UHGV virus genome: UHGV-0866312
Strand: one strand, 5' to 3'
DNA: 56,697 bases
From: a virus
The notes beneath the pieces were generated by a model. That model had not been told where the DNA came from, did not search any database, and saw only the letters and a list, made by a program, of their open reading frames with translations. Both the position numbers and the translations under genes were made by a program. This document shows, piece by piece, positions 6,099 through 16,828 of the stretch. Each line of letters starts with the position of its first letter. The first letter of the stretch is position 1.

Positions 6099-7826
6099 AT
6101 GAGCAGAAAACATGAGATTGAGAAAAAGTTAAAACAGATAGAAATGGTTAGGGATAGCATTTTAGCTGAAATAAATAAGGGTAGGACAAAGAAAGCCAGA
6201 AAGCAGAGACTACAGGATTATGCAGAGGACTTAAATGCTATTGAAAGAGAATACAGAAAGACTAGAAGTGAGATAGATGTATTATTCTTTGCTTATGAGT
6301 ATTTCAGTGATGAGAGAAACCCAGACAATGACAATAACTTAATACCACTGGGTGCTACCTTTGAAAATGCCCCAGCTATTCATAGAGAATTATGTACCAT
6401 GCTGGATGCTATTACCTTTGAAGAGCATGACAGTAAAATAGGCTGGTCAGTACCCAGAGGACATGCAAAGTCTACTTATGTATCTAATATCTATCCTATA
6501 CACTGCTGTATTTTTGAGGGTGATACACCACATGGTAGAAAGTATATATTAATCCTTTCAGAGACAGAGGATTTAAGTAAGAAATTTATTGAGTATATCA
6601 AAGACCAATTAAAGCATAATCAAAAGCTTAGAGAGGACTTTGGGGAATTATTAAGTACAAAGAAATTTGAAAATGAAAAGGATAATAGTGGTGAATTTAT
6701 CACTACAAAAGGTACTTTGGTTAGGGCTGGGTCAATTGGTAAAGCTTTAAGGGGTGCTAGAAATAAAGCATACAGACCAGACCTAGTAATATGTGATGAC
6801 CTTGAAAGTATGGAAAATACAAACACACCAGAGTTAAGAGAGAAAAATTTATTCTGGTTTAATTCAGTAGTATCACCAGTAGGTGAAAAAGGCAGAACAG
6901 CATTTCTTTATGTTGGTACTATGGTGCATGGTCAAGGGCTATTACCAGACATATTAAGCAGAATTGATTATAAGAGTAAGATTTATTCAGCTATTGTAGA
7001 GTACCCAGAGGAAACAGACTTATGGCAAAAATATGAGGATATTTTAAGTGATAAGACTGACCCAGATAGAGAGGATAAAGCAGATGCTTTTTACTTTGAG
7101 CATAAAGAGGAAATGGACAAAGGCTGTAAAACACTTTGGTCAGAAAGATGGACTTACAGAGAGTTAATTAAAGAGAAAGTAAAAATAGGTAGTAGGGCTT
7201 TCAGTAGTGAGTATTTAAATTTAGCTAGTGATAAGGAAAGTATGATTTTCCATGATGGTATTTTTACTTACTTTGATGAGCCAGATTTATATGACCAAAA
7301 TGGTAGACCTAGACCTATGGACATTTATGGCTTTTGGGATTTAGCTATTAAGGATAAGAAAAGAAGTGACTTTAATGCCATTGTAATTGTAGGTAGAGAT
7401 AGAATTACAGGGGTAATGTATGTGCTGGATGCATGGAGTGGTAAAGTGCCAGTACACAAAGCATTAGAGCATTGTATAAAAATGATTGAGCAATGGAAAC
7501 CAAAGATACTAGGTGTAGAAACAATACAGGCACAATATGAGTTATACAGACAGCTACAAGAAAAGTTATTCAAGCTGGGTATTTACTATACAAGATTAAA
7601 GCCAGTAAACCCAAAGGCTAAAAAAGAGGAAAGAATTGAGGTACTAGAGCCTTTATTTGAGACTGGTTTTTTAAGAATTAAAAGGACACAAAGAATGTTA
7701 ATAGAGCAGTTAGAACAATTCCCAAATGGTGACCATGATGACCTACCAGATGCTTTAGCATCAGCAGTAGACATAGCTGGGAAACAAAGAAAAAGAAGTC
7801 ACTACAATAAACCTAAAGGACTATAG
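6099..7826 (+). CDS. terL: terminase large subunit
   Basis: Walker A-like VPRGHAKST, a C-terminal nuclease-like acidic region, and a position before the portal gene. The start at ATG 6099 follows a TAGGAGGTG RBS. Confidence 0.85.
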   Translation: MSRKHEIEKKLKQIEMVRDSILAEINKGRTKKARKQRLQDYAEDLNAIEREYRKTRSEIDVLFFAYEYFSDERNPDNDNNLIPLGATFENAPAIHRELCTMLDAITFEEHDSKIGWSVPRGHAKSTYVSNIYPIHCCIFEGDTPHGRKYILILSETEDLSKKFIEYIKDQLKHNQKLREDFGELLSTKKFENEKDNSGEFITTKGTLVRAGSIGKALRGARNKAYRPDLVICDDLESMENTNTPELREKNLFWFNSVVSPVGEKGRTAFLYVGTMVHGQGLLPDILSRIDYKSKIYSAIVEYPEETDLWQKYEDILSDKTDPDREDKADAFYFEHKEEMDKGCKTLWSERWTYRELIKEKVKIGSRAFSSEYLNLASDKESMIFHDGIFTYFDEPDLYDQNGRPRPMDIYGFWDLAIKDKKRSDFNAIVIVGRDRITGVMYVLDAWSGKVPVHKALEHCIKMIEQWKPKILGVETIQAQYELYRQLQEKLFKLGIYYTRLKPVNPKAKKEERIEVLEPLFETGFLRIKRTQRMLIEQLEQFPNGDHDDLPDALASAVDIAGKQRKRSHYNKPKGL

Positions 7827-7841
7827 AAAGGGGGTAATTAT

Positions 7842-9386
7842 ATGTATTATTGTACACAAGGGATAAGCTTTAAAAAGGGTGAGCAATTCCCTTTTAAAAG
7901 TCACTATCCTAGAATTGAAAGATATAGGGAAAATATGAAACTATTCAAAGGTGAGCATTATGATATATTCAGAAAATATAATGTAAAAGCCTTTAATGAT
8001 ATTTACATTGCAGTCAATTTAGCTGGTTTAATTTGCAAAAAGAGTGCTGATTTATTACTAGGGGAAGAGCCTATAATTAGTGCTGGTAAAGAGGATAATA
8101 GTAATGAGCAATTAGCTATAGATAGATTTACAGATAGCAATTACATGGACATTGTAAATTATGAGAGTGCTTTGTTTAATGCTGTCAAGGGTGATAGCTT
8201 TTATAGAGTTAGATATGGTCAAGAAAATGGTGGCATCTTTACTGATGAGGAATATAGAGTATTTATTGAGGGCATAGCACCAGACCATGTATTTCCAGAG
8301 GTATCACCATTAAATAAAAAGCAGATTGTAGTATATCATTACTGTGTACCATCTTATGATGAGAATACAGAAAGCTGGTCATTAATTTGTGAAAGTCATG
8401 GGGCTGGATATGTGCTTTACCATAGCTATGATTTAAAGCCTATACAAGTAAATGTATTAGGTGAGGTAGAAAAGTTTACTATAGGTGATATGATTGATGA
8501 GCCTAAATATACCTTGACAGGGGTTAATAAACCATTAATTGTACACATTCCTAACATGGCTAGTGGTGATAACTGGGAGGGGCTAGATGACCTATCTGAA
8601 AATAAAGGGCTATTTGATGAATTAAATAACAGGCTATCACAAATAGCATCTATCTTAGATAAGCATAGTGACCCAGCACTAGCAGTACCTACAGGATTAT
8701 TACAAGAGGATGAGAATGGTAATACTAAATTTAGGGTAGCTGTAGATAAGGTTTTTGAGGTGCTAGGTAAAGATGATATTATACCACAATACATTACATG
8801 GAATGGTAACTTACAAGAGGCTATTACTGAAATGAAAGAGGTAGTAAATTTAATCTTAATGAATAGTGAAATACCAGCTATAGCACTAGGCTTATCAGAT
8901 ACAGGTACTAGTGGTAGTAGTGGATTATCCATTAAATTCAGAATGAATAGTTTACTATCTAAGATTAAGAGAAAAAGATTATATTACAAGAAAGGATTAA
9001 AACAGGTATACACTGTAGCACAAGAATTAGAGACAGCTTTGGGAATTGCTAATTATGATGTAGTAAACCCACACATTAAGTTTAATGATGGCTTACCTAC
9101 TGATGACTTACAAGATGCTAACATTATGAATGTAAGAACAGGTGGAGCAGTTACAATGTCTCAAAAGACTGCTATTATGAGACTTGACAATATGACAGAG
9201 GAACAAGCAGAGGCAGAATTAAAGAGAATTGAAGAGGAACAGAAAGCAACTGCTAACACCTTTGGTACACCAGATATATTTAACCTTGAAGATGAGGGGC
9301 AAGATGGTGAGGGTGTAGACCCTAGCTTAACTGCTGTTAATGAAGAGGCTAACCAAAATAGTAAAGTACAAGATGCTGAAAATTAA
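7842..9386 (+). CDS. portal protein
   Basis: 514 aa, immediately downstream of terL, with an acidic C-terminus. Confidence 0.7.
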   Translation: MYYCTQGISFKKGEQFPFKSHYPRIERYRENMKLFKGEHYDIFRKYNVKAFNDIYIAVNLAGLICKKSADLLLGEEPIISAGKEDNSNEQLAIDRFTDSNYMDIVNYESALFNAVKGDSFYRVRYGQENGGIFTDEEYRVFIEGIAPDHVFPEVSPLNKKQIVVYHYCVPSYDENTESWSLICESHGAGYVLYHSYDLKPIQVNVLGEVEKFTIGDMIDEPKYTLTGVNKPLIVHIPNMASGDNWEGLDDLSENKGLFDELNNRLSQIASILDKHSDPALAVPTGLLQEDENGNTKFRVAVDKVFEVLGKDDIIPQYITWNGNLQEAITEMKEVVNLILMNSEIPAIALGLSDTGTSGSSGLSIKFRMNSLLSKIKRKRLYYKKGLKQVYTVAQELETALGIANYDVVNPHIKFNDGLPTDDLQDANIMNVRTGGAVTMSQKTAIMRLDNMTEEQAEAELKRIEEEQKATANTFGTPDIFNLEDEGQDGEGVDPSLTAVNEEANQNSKVQDAEN

Positions 9387-9475
9387 TAGATAATTAGCTG
9401 TCACAATAATACCCCTATAGGTATATATTATATTATAAAGATAAATAAATAATAGATACTGAAAGGGGTATAAAT

Positions 9476-9637
9476 ATGAAAGTAGAATTTAAAGAACATG
9501 ATACAGTGAGAGTACAAGGGCAAGACCAATTATATAAGGTAGTCAGTGTTAATGGTAATGAGGTAATAATTGCTAACCATGATGACTACTACAAAGTAAA
9601 TGCTAGTCAGCTAGTGCTAGTAGCATGGCAAGAATAA
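9476..9637 (+). CDS. hypothetical small protein (53 aa)
   Basis: Unlisted small ORF with an AAAGGGG RBS, preceded by a class 1 GTCACA cassette. Confidence 0.4.
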   Translation: MKVEFKEHDTVRVQGQDQLYKVVSVNGNEVIIANHDDYYKVNASQLVLVAWQE

Positions 9638-9697
9638 ACCTAAAGGGGGCTTTAAATAGCCCTCTTTTTTTATTGCTTATAAATAGAGGTGATGAAT

Positions 9698-10615
9698 ATG
9701 AGCAACATACCAGAGCCTACTTATATAAGAAATAAAAAGAAGATAAGCAAATTATATGAGGTGGCATTAAAGGACTTATACAAACTATTGATAAATGCAC
9801 TGGCTTTAAATGGTGCTGGGGATATTAAAACAGTAAATCAAGCTAAATTAATTATACAAATAGAGCAGAGAGTAGCACAGTTACAAGGTGATATAAAGGG
9901 TGAGGTAATAAAGGCATTAAGAGAGGCTTTTACACAAGGTCAGCTAGATTATCTACTAGCAGTACATGAGGCTGACAGCCTAGAGGATGCTATGAAAAAG
10001 GCTGGATTTAATCAGCTACAAATGGATAGGATAGAGGCTATTTTTAGTGACACTTTCAAAGATTTATTAATAGCTACTGAAAATACAAAAGAGAATATTA
10101 AGAAAGTTATAAGACAGACTACCAGCAAATTAATGCAGTATGAAATAGCTGTCAATAACAGTAAACACCAAATGCAAAAGCTATTATATGACCAGCTTGT
10201 AAAGAAAGGATTAAGTAAGACTATTACAGGTGAGGGCTTTGTAGGTGTAATAGATAAGGCTGGTAGGAAGTGGAATTTAAAAACTTATTCAGACATGGTA
10301 GTAAACACTAAGCTACAGCAAGCACATGTAGAGGGTACTACTACAAAGGCACAAGAGTATGGAATGGATTTAGCTATAGTATCTAGTCATGGAGCAAAAG
10401 ACCCTTGTAGAGAATTTGAGGGCATGGTGATTAGTTTGACTGGTGCTACTAAGGGCTTTCCTACTTATAGAGAGTTGAAAGCTACTAAAAAGATTTTCCA
10501 CCCTAACTGTCAGCATAATGTTACACCTATCAGAAACTTTGACAAATTACATTCTAAGACCAGAGAAAAGCACCAAAAGCTGTATGAGGATTATGTAGCA
10601 AATAAAGAAAAGTAA
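9698..10615 (+). CDS. head morphogenesis protein (SPP1 gp7/Mu F-like, inferred from position)
   Basis: About 305 aa, after the portal gene, in the typical gene order. Confidence 0.5.
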   Translation: MSNIPEPTYIRNKKKISKLYEVALKDLYKLLINALALNGAGDIKTVNQAKLIIQIEQRVAQLQGDIKGEVIKALREAFTQGQLDYLLAVHEADSLEDAMKKAGFNQLQMDRIEAIFSDTFKDLLIATENTKENIKKVIRQTTSKLMQYEIAVNNSKHQMQKLLYDQLVKKGLSKTITGEGFVGVIDKAGRKWNLKTYSDMVVNTKLQQAHVEGTTTKAQEYGMDLAIVSSHGAKDPCREFEGMVISLTGATKGFPTYRELKATKKIFHPNCQHNVTPIRNFDKLHSKTREKHQKLYEDYVANKEK

Positions 10616-10693
10616 ATAATACTTTAATTTCATATGACTACTTGACATTTAAATATGTACAGCTATAAAGAGTAAATTTTAGGAGGTTTAACA

Positions 10694-11365
10694 ATGAATA
10701 AATTTTTAAGGATGACATTAGGTCATTTTAATCATATAAATTATGCACCAGATACAGGGGCTAATGGTGGTGCTGGAAATACTGACCCTGTAGACCCAAA
10801 TGCAGAGCCAGCAAAAGGAGCAGAGCCAAAAGCTGACCCAGAGCCAAAAGCTGACCCAGTTAAAGACCCAGAGCCAGCAAAGAAAACAGAGCCAAAGGCA
10901 GAGCCTAAAACAGAGCCAAAGAAAGCTACTAAAAAGACAAAGGCAGAATTAGAGGCAGAGATTAAAAAGCTACAAGAAGAGTATGACAATTACAACAATG
11001 ATGTAACTGAATATACAGCACAAATTGATACTTTAAATACTACTGTAGCAGATTTACAAGGACAAATTACTACTAAAGATACTAGAATTGCAGAATTAGA
11101 GGCAGTGATTATTGATGTAGTAGAGGCAAAGAAAAAGACTGTAGGTGAGGCAGTTACTTCACTTATTCCAGAGAATTTAAATGTACTAGATGTATTGAAA
11201 TTCTTAACTAAGGCAGAGGCACAACAAAGTCAAAGTAAAGAAAATAACCCTAAAGTACAAATAGGTAAAGTAATGAATGTACCTACTGCTGGTGCAAAGG
11301 CTGATGATGATATGTCAGCAGTACAAAAAATATCTAATATTTTTGGAAACTACTTTAAAAAATAA
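10694..11365 (+). CDS. scaffolding protein
   Basis: Low-complexity EPKADPEPKADP repeats, a coiled-coil-rich centre, and a position upstream of the capsid gene. Confidence 0.6.
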   Translation: MNKFLRMTLGHFNHINYAPDTGANGGAGNTDPVDPNAEPAKGAEPKADPEPKADPVKDPEPAKKTEPKAEPKTEPKKATKKTKAELEAEIKKLQEEYDNYNNDVTEYTAQIDTLNTTVADLQGQITTKDTRIAELEAVIIDVVEAKKKTVGEAVTSLIPENLNVLDVLKFLTKAEAQQSQSKENNPKVQIGKVMNVPTAGAKADDDMSAVQKISNIFGNYFKK

Positions 11366-11426
11366 ATAAAAGTAATGGATATATATAGGCAATAAAAATT
11401 TAGCCTAAATAAAGGAGGGGAATAAA

Positions 11427-12287
11427 ATGGCTGGAATTAGTTTAGCACAATCAGCAAAAATGACACAAAATGAGTTACAAGCTGGTGTAATTGAAATACT
11501 AGCAACTGAAAGTAAATTATTAAATATCTTACCATTTATGAATGTTGTGGGTAGTGGATATAGCTACAATGTAGAAAAGAATTTAGGGTCAGCACAATTC
11601 AGAAATGTTAATGAGGCTTATAATAGCAATGCTATTGAAACTGATTTAAGAACAGAGGCACTTGTTATCTTAGGTGATGAGGCTGTAGTAGATACATTCC
11701 AAATTGCTACACACTCTAATGTAAATGACTTAATGGCTATTGAAGTAGCTTTAAGGACAAAAGCAATAGCTAACCAATATGAAAAGTCTTTCATCAATGG
11801 TAAAGGTACTGCAAAAGACTTTAAGGGTATCTTATTTAGATATGAAGATGTATCAGCTAATGAAGTACAAAAAGCACAAGTATTTGAGGCTGGTGATAGC
11901 TTAGTAGATGATATTGATGTTTTATTAGATAGTGTATTAGGTGGAGCAGATGCCTTAATTATGAATAAGAAAACTAGAAGAGCATTAACATCAGTAGCTA
12001 GAACATCATGTGAATATAAACAATATGAATATGGTACACAATTTACATTATATGGTGGATTACCTATTATTGATGTTGAAACTGAAATTTTAGCAGATAA
12101 CTATGTTATTGCTGTTAAGTTTGGTGTTAAAGAGGCTGTATGTGGCTTACAAAATGGTAGTATTCAAGTTACACCATTAGGAGAAATGGAAAGTAGCCCA
12201 GCTTTAAAAACAAGAATTGAATGGTTCTGTGGTATGGCTATTTTCAATGATAAGAAAGTAGCTATCAGAAAACCAAAGGCTGTGTAG
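11427..12287 (+). CDS. major capsid protein
   Basis: 286 aa after the scaffold gene, with a strong RBS AAAGGAGGGG. Confidence 0.6.
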   Translation: MAGISLAQSAKMTQNELQAGVIEILATESKLLNILPFMNVVGSGYSYNVEKNLGSAQFRNVNEAYNSNAIETDLRTEALVILGDEAVVDTFQIATHSNVNDLMAIEVALRTKAIANQYEKSFINGKGTAKDFKGILFRYEDVSANEVQKAQVFEAGDSLVDDIDVLLDSVLGGADALIMNKKTRRALTSVARTSCEYKQYEYGTQFTLYGGLPIIDVETEILADNYVIAVKFGVKEAVCGLQNGSIQVTPLGEMESSPALKTRIEWFCGMAIFNDKKVAIRKPKAV

Positions 12288-12311
12288 GATAAAGTTAAAT
12301 ACTAGAATAAA

Positions 12312-12344
12312 GAGGGGGTAACTTTAAAGTTATCCTCTTTTTTG
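12312..12344 (+). terminator. rho-independent terminator + class 2 element TTGTTGCCTATTATTAGGGGG
   Basis: gagggggtaactttaaagttatcctc followed by TTTTTT. Confidence 0.6.
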
Positions 12345-12369
12345 TTGCCTATTATTAGGGGGTGAAAAT

Positions 12370-12870
12370 ATGAATTTAAGAACAACTTTAAACATGAAAG
12401 AAAACTCTTCACAAGTATTAGCAAGAGTGTCACAGTATTTTAATACTAATGTATTTAATAGTGGTAGCTGGGATAGTTTGACACCAGAATTACAGATTAA
12501 AGCTATTTACAATGCCTATAGGATTTTAACTAATTTGCTACCAGAAATATACTGCTGTGATGCTGATGAAATGACTATAGATATAGATGACCTATGTAGT
12601 GAAATACAATGGATTATACAAAAAGATGACAGTGTACAAAGAGCAGAGCAAGGGGCTACTAGTGTAAGTCTAGGTGATATGTCAATATCTTTTAACTTAG
12701 AAGAGGGGGCAAGATTAATAGCACCTTTCATCAAGCAAAGATATGGACTTAGTGAGACTGGACAGATAAGAAAAGTAGGGCAATATATTACACCTAGAGT
12801 AGATACCTATAGGACTGGTATGCATAGAGGTAATAGAAGATTTATAAGAGGTGGTATATATGGCAAATAA
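12370..12870 (+). CDS. head-tail connector protein (inferred from position)
   Basis: Gene order and size. Confidence 0.45.
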   Translation: MNLRTTLNMKENSSQVLARVSQYFNTNVFNSGSWDSLTPELQIKAIYNAYRILTNLLPEIYCCDADEMTIDIDDLCSEIQWIIQKDDSVQRAEQGATSVSLGDMSISFNLEEGARLIAPFIKQRYGLSETGQIRKVGQYITPRVDTYRTGMHRGNRRFIRGGIYGK

Positions 12871-13219
12871 TTATAGTAGCTTTATAGGCTTACTACCTTT
12901 TAATGATGATGTAACTATTATCAAGCAAGATGATAAACCATCTATAAATGAGTGGGGTGACCCTATATATAACAGTACAGAGACACCATGTAAAGCTAAC
13001 ATCTTTTATAACCATAAGCTAGAAAGCATAGGTACAGCAAATGGTACTACTTTAGTTTATACAGCTACTATCTACTTAAAGGGTGCATGTGCTGTAGAGG
13101 CTAATGACAAAGTTAAATTTACAGATGCTTTAGGTAATGAAGTAGAAAAAACAATAGAGTTAGTAGTGCCAGTACAAGATTTTAGTAGAAGAGTAATAGC
13201 AGTTAAGGTGGTGGTATAA
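12851..13219 (+). CDS. head-tail joining/head closure protein (inferred from position)
   Basis: Gene order. Confidence 0.4.
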   Translation: MVYMANNYSSFIGLLPFNDDVTIIKQDDKPSINEWGDPIYNSTETPCKANIFYNHKLESIGTANGTTLVYTATIYLKGACAVEANDKVKFTDALGNEVEKTIELVVPVQDFSRRVIAVKVVV

Positions 13220-13648
13220 ATGGCTAATGTAGAAATTAAATCCACTATTGATGTTACTAATATAGATGCAGATGCTACAGAGGCTATTAAAAATGCTGTA
13301 GTAGATGTAACTACTGACCTATTAGCAGTAGCCAGAGCCACAGCACCACACTGGCAAGGTGACTTAGAGAAAGGCATAGTAGATAATTATAGCTTTGGTG
13401 ATGAAATGCTAGGGATGGTAGGTGTAAGTGCTATAGGTGCTAATGGCTATGATTATGGTGTATTGAGGCATGACCATCCATTTAATTTAGGTGAAAAGTC
13501 AATAGCTAAAGGTAGTGGTAGTAGCCCTATGTTTGGTGGTGGCTTTGCTGTAGGTTATGAGTTTATTACTAGACCAGCAGAGACACTAGAGGATGACTAT
13601 TTAAAATATATAGAGGATGAGTTTTATAATGCTTTAGGTGGTGAGTAA
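13220..13648 (+). CDS. neck/tail-head adaptor protein (inferred from position)
   Basis: Gene order. Confidence 0.4.
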   Translation: MANVEIKSTIDVTNIDADATEAIKNAVVDVTTDLLAVARATAPHWQGDLEKGIVDNYSFGDEMLGMVGVSAIGANGYDYGVLRHDHPFNLGEKSIAKGSGSSPMFGGGFAVGYEFITRPAETLEDDYLKYIEDEFYNALGGE

Positions 13649-14030
13649 AAGAATGTTAGATATACAAGAATTTTTAAAGGTAATGAAAGAAATAGTACCA
13701 GCAGTATATTACCCTATGACCTTTCCAGCTACAGGTGAGGATAACTGTGTAGTAGCTACATTTTCACCTGTAATATCTAGTAAGGGTGATATTAAAACTA
13801 TTGATACTATTTTTTATATAAGAAATGCAAGCACACAGGAATGTGTGACCATAGGTAAAAATTTAATAGAGACTTTAGATTATAAGACAAACTTGTATGT
13901 TAAAGATGTACAGATAATATTGCTAACAGCAGTAGACACTATGCCTAACTTTCAAGGTAAAGATAGCAATGGTTTATATATTTATAAAGTACAAATAAGG
14001 ATGTTGGTAGATATACCACTAAAAAGATAG
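13638..14030 (+). CDS. tail completion protein (inferred from position)
   Basis: Gene order. Confidence 0.4.
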   Translation: MVSKRMLDIQEFLKVMKEIVPAVYYPMTFPATGEDNCVVATFSPVISSKGDIKTIDTIFYIRNASTQECVTIGKNLIETLDYKTNLYVKDVQIILLTAVDTMPNFQGKDSNGLYIYKVQIRMLVDIPLKR

Positions 14031-14048
14031 AGTTAAGGAGGGATTAGC

Positions 14049-14465
14049 ATGGCTAAAATAGCTGGTGTAGATGTACTAGTAATGGTAGACACAAGTGATG
14101 GAGTGGCAGAGGCTAAATATACACCTGTAGGTGGACAAAAAGGGGCAACATTAAATAGGTCAGCAGAGACTATTGATGTTACTGATAAAAATAGTAATGG
14201 ATGGTCAGAGAATATGGCTGGTATTAAATCATGGTCATTAGACTGTGATGGATTTGTAGTGTTAGATGATACAGCACTAGAAAAATTGGAGGATGCTTTT
14301 GAAAATAGAACACCTGTAAAAGTGCAAATGGCTATAGGTAAGAAACAATATTCTGGTGAGGGTTATATAGTAGATTTCCCACTTGAAGCCCCACTAGATG
14401 ATGCAGTAACTTACAGCTTATCTATTGTAAATGCAAGCCCACTAACATCAGCCCCAGTGGTTTAA
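14049..14465 (+). CDS. major tail (tube) protein
   Basis: 138 aa with the pattern typical of siphovirus tube proteins. It sits upstream of the chaperone pair. Confidence 0.65.
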   Translation: MAKIAGVDVLVMVDTSDGVAEAKYTPVGGQKGATLNRSAETIDVTDKNSNGWSENMAGIKSWSLDCDGFVVLDDTALEKLEDAFENRTPVKVQMAIGKKQYSGEGYIVDFPLEAPLDDAVTYSLSIVNASPLTSAPVV

Positions 14466-14475
14466 AAACATTAAG

Positions 14476-14504
14476 GAGTGTCAGAAATGGCACTCTTATT
14501 TTTT
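14476..14504 (+). terminator. rho-independent terminator
   Basis: gagtgtcagaaatggcactc + ttatttttt, immediately followed by GTCACA. Confidence 0.6.
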
Positions 14505-14581
14505 GTCACAGATTATACCTATTAGGGTATTTAATATCATAAGAAAACAGTTAATAGCTGTGATGATAAGGAGTGATTTAA

Positions 14582-14935
14582 ATGGCTAAAAAGGAAATGC
14601 CTAGAGCAAAAAAGAAAAGAGTTATAAATGTTGGTAAAAAGACATCAATTATTTTAAATGATGAGGAAATGTTTTTAGTATTCAATATGTATGCCCTTGA
14701 AAAATTAGAGGATATGGGTATAGATATAATGAAACTAGATACTGATAATGTCAAGATTAAAGATTTAGTAAGCATTATTTACTGTGGCTTACTTTGCTAT
14801 GATGAGGATATTGAGAGAATTGATGTAGCTAAAATGATTGACCTTAACAATATTGATTATGTATCAGAAAAGCTAACAGAGGCTTTAAATAAAGATACAA
14901 AAGGTGATATGGAAGTAGAAGAGGGAAAAAACTAG
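14582..14935 (+). CDS. tail assembly chaperone (gpG-like)
   Basis: 117 aa, acidic. It ends just after the slippery heptamer A_AAA_AAC (14926-14932). Confidence 0.7.
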   Translation: MAKKEMPRAKKKRVINVGKKTSIILNDEEMFLVFNMYALEKLEDMGIDIMKLDTDNVKIKDLVSIIYCGLLCYDEDIERIDVAKMIDLNNIDYVSEKLTEALNKDTKGDMEVEEGKN

Positions 14936-15312
14936 TAACCCTAGCTGGCATAGCTGGTAACAATAAATACAAGTTAGGATATGGACTATTAGGGCTGTCA
15001 GTAGATGAGTTTTATGGCATGAGAATTAAAGACTTTTTAAATATGGTTAATGGTAAATTGCTATATGAAACTAACTACAATGATACTAGGATGGACATTA
15101 ATTTAATGTGGTTAAGCCATTTCTTTGCTTGTAACATGTTAGCTAGTGGGAACATGAAAAAAGGAATGACCCCAGAAAAAATAAGAAAGAATTATCTATA
15201 TATGACAGAGGATGAAAGAGAGAAAGAGACACAACCAAAGGTACACAAAGTAGATAGGGAAAAACTAGAGGCTGAAAAAGAGGCATTAAGAAAACAATTT
15301 AATTTAGACTAA
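14582..15312 (+). CDS. tail assembly chaperone -1 frameshift product (gpGT-like)
   Basis: Frame 1 is open from 14908 through 15312 and overlaps the chaperone 3' end. The canonical X_XXY_YYZ heptamer AAAAAAC lies in the overlap. Confidence 0.65.
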
Positions 15313-15350
15313 CTGGGGGTGCTTAATGTACCCCTTTTATTATATGTGAG

Positions 15351-16010
15351 GTGAATGATATGTATGGAAAAATTAAAGATGATAAATTAATATATGCCCC
15401 AGTAAATTATCTAACATCAGAGGGTAAAATGATATTTAATTTTAATGAAAATGTTGAGGCTATGAAAGCCAATGGATTTAAAGAGGTAATAGATGATATA
15501 CCTAAATATGATGAGAATATTTATAAACTAAAGTTTGATGGCTACAATGAGACAGCTACAAACATTATAGTAGTGTATACTACAGAGCCTTTAGAATTAA
15601 CACCAGAGCAAAAGAAAGCTTATGAGCAAAAGTTAGCATTGACATTTTTAGGTGATATGCTTACTGATGAGCAAGCCTTACAAGTACCTAGCATTTTTAA
15701 TGAGTGGCAAGCTGGTGTAGGTTATAAGACTGGTACTAAGCTTTTATATAATGGTGTTTTGTATAAGGTATTACAAGACCATAGCAGTCAAGCAGACTGG
15801 ACACCAGACAAAGCACCTAGCTTATTTGCAAAAGTTATCAATGAGACATTAGAGGGTGATATACCAGACTGGGTACAGCCAGATAGCACTAACCCTTATA
15901 TGACAGGTGATAAGGTGAAATTTGAGGGTAAAGTATATGAGAGTTTAATAGATAATAATACATGGTCACCTACTGAATATCCTACAGGGTGGAAAGAATT
16001 AGCACAGTAA
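15351..16010 (+). CDS. protein with two CBM5/12 (chitin-binding type 3) domains
   Basis: YNGVLYKVLQDHSSQADWTPDKAPSLF and YMTGDKVKFEGKVYESLIDNNTWSPTEYPTGW match the ChiC-type CBM5/12 consensus. Confidence 0.7.
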   Translation: MNDMYGKIKDDKLIYAPVNYLTSEGKMIFNFNENVEAMKANGFKEVIDDIPKYDENIYKLKFDGYNETATNIIVVYTTEPLELTPEQKKAYEQKLALTFLGDMLTDEQALQVPSIFNEWQAGVGYKTGTKLLYNGVLYKVLQDHSSQADWTPDKAPSLFAKVINETLEGDIPDWVQPDSTNPYMTGDKVKFEGKVYESLIDNNTWSPTEYPTGWKELAQ

Positions 16011-16120
16011 AATAAACTGGCACTCACAGCAATGTGGGTGCTTTTTAGCTTTAAAAGAATATTCCTACATGGTAACTATTATAGGATAGAATACTACAAA
16101 TATTTACAGGAGGGAGTGAA

Positions 16121-16828
16121 ATGAATTTTAATCCTACAGACAGAGTATATAGCATCTACCTAGATGTAATGACTGGGTTAGGCAGTGGCAGTGGTAGTGC
16201 TACTTTTTACAATACTGATAACCTAACATGTTATATAGTGCTTTATTTAACTAATGGTAATACTGCTATTGATATGACTAGCTATAACTATATTTTAAGT
16301 ACAGAGAAACCAGATGGAACAGTATACAGAGACAACTACACTACTACTGATGCAGATAGCTTAGTAATACAGCTTACTACTGATATGTTATCAGCCATAG
16401 GTACTGTAAAATGTCAATTATATATTATGGATGATACAAAGAGGACAACTATTATACCTTTTACCTATAAGGTAAGTGCTGGTTTATATAATGAGTTAGC
16501 ACCAGAAAGTGAAAATCATGATAGCTTTTACACAGAGTTAAAGGCTACTATTGACCATATTATAGGTGAGGGTGGTGTACTAGATACAGCAAATGCATAC
16601 ACAGATACTAAGGTTAATGAGGCAAAGAAATATACAGATACAAAGATAATTGAGGCAAATAGTTATACTGATGAAAAAGTTAAGGTGGTATCAGATATTT
16701 TAGAAAATATGAATAAAAAAGAATTAGTTACACACTTTAATTATTCCACAGTAGCACTTACATTAGACCCTTACCAATATGTTAATATCACTAATGATAC
16801 TACCTTTACATTACCTACAGCCCCCTAA
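16121..16828 (+). CDS. tail structural protein (Ig/BppU-like, YTDTK repeats)
   Basis: 235 aa. Ends ...GCC CCC TAA. Confidence 0.5.
   Translation: MNFNPTDRVYSIYLDVMTGLGSGSGSATFYNTDNLTCYIVLYLTNGNTAIDMTSYNYILSTEKPDGTVYRDNYTTTDADSLVIQLTTDMLSAIGTVKCQLYIMDDTKRTTIIPFTYKVSAGLYNELAPESENHDSFYTELKATIDHIIGEGGVLDTANAYTDTKVNEAKKYTDTKIIEANSYTDEKVKVVSDILENMNKKELVTHFNYSTVALTLDPYQYVNITNDTTFTLPTAP

Noticed and set aside
15019-15312. Independent 97-aa gene
   Set aside because: Its frame is open upstream into the chaperone 3' end across an AAAAAAC slippery site, so I reinterpret it as the -1 frameshift extension of 14582-14935.
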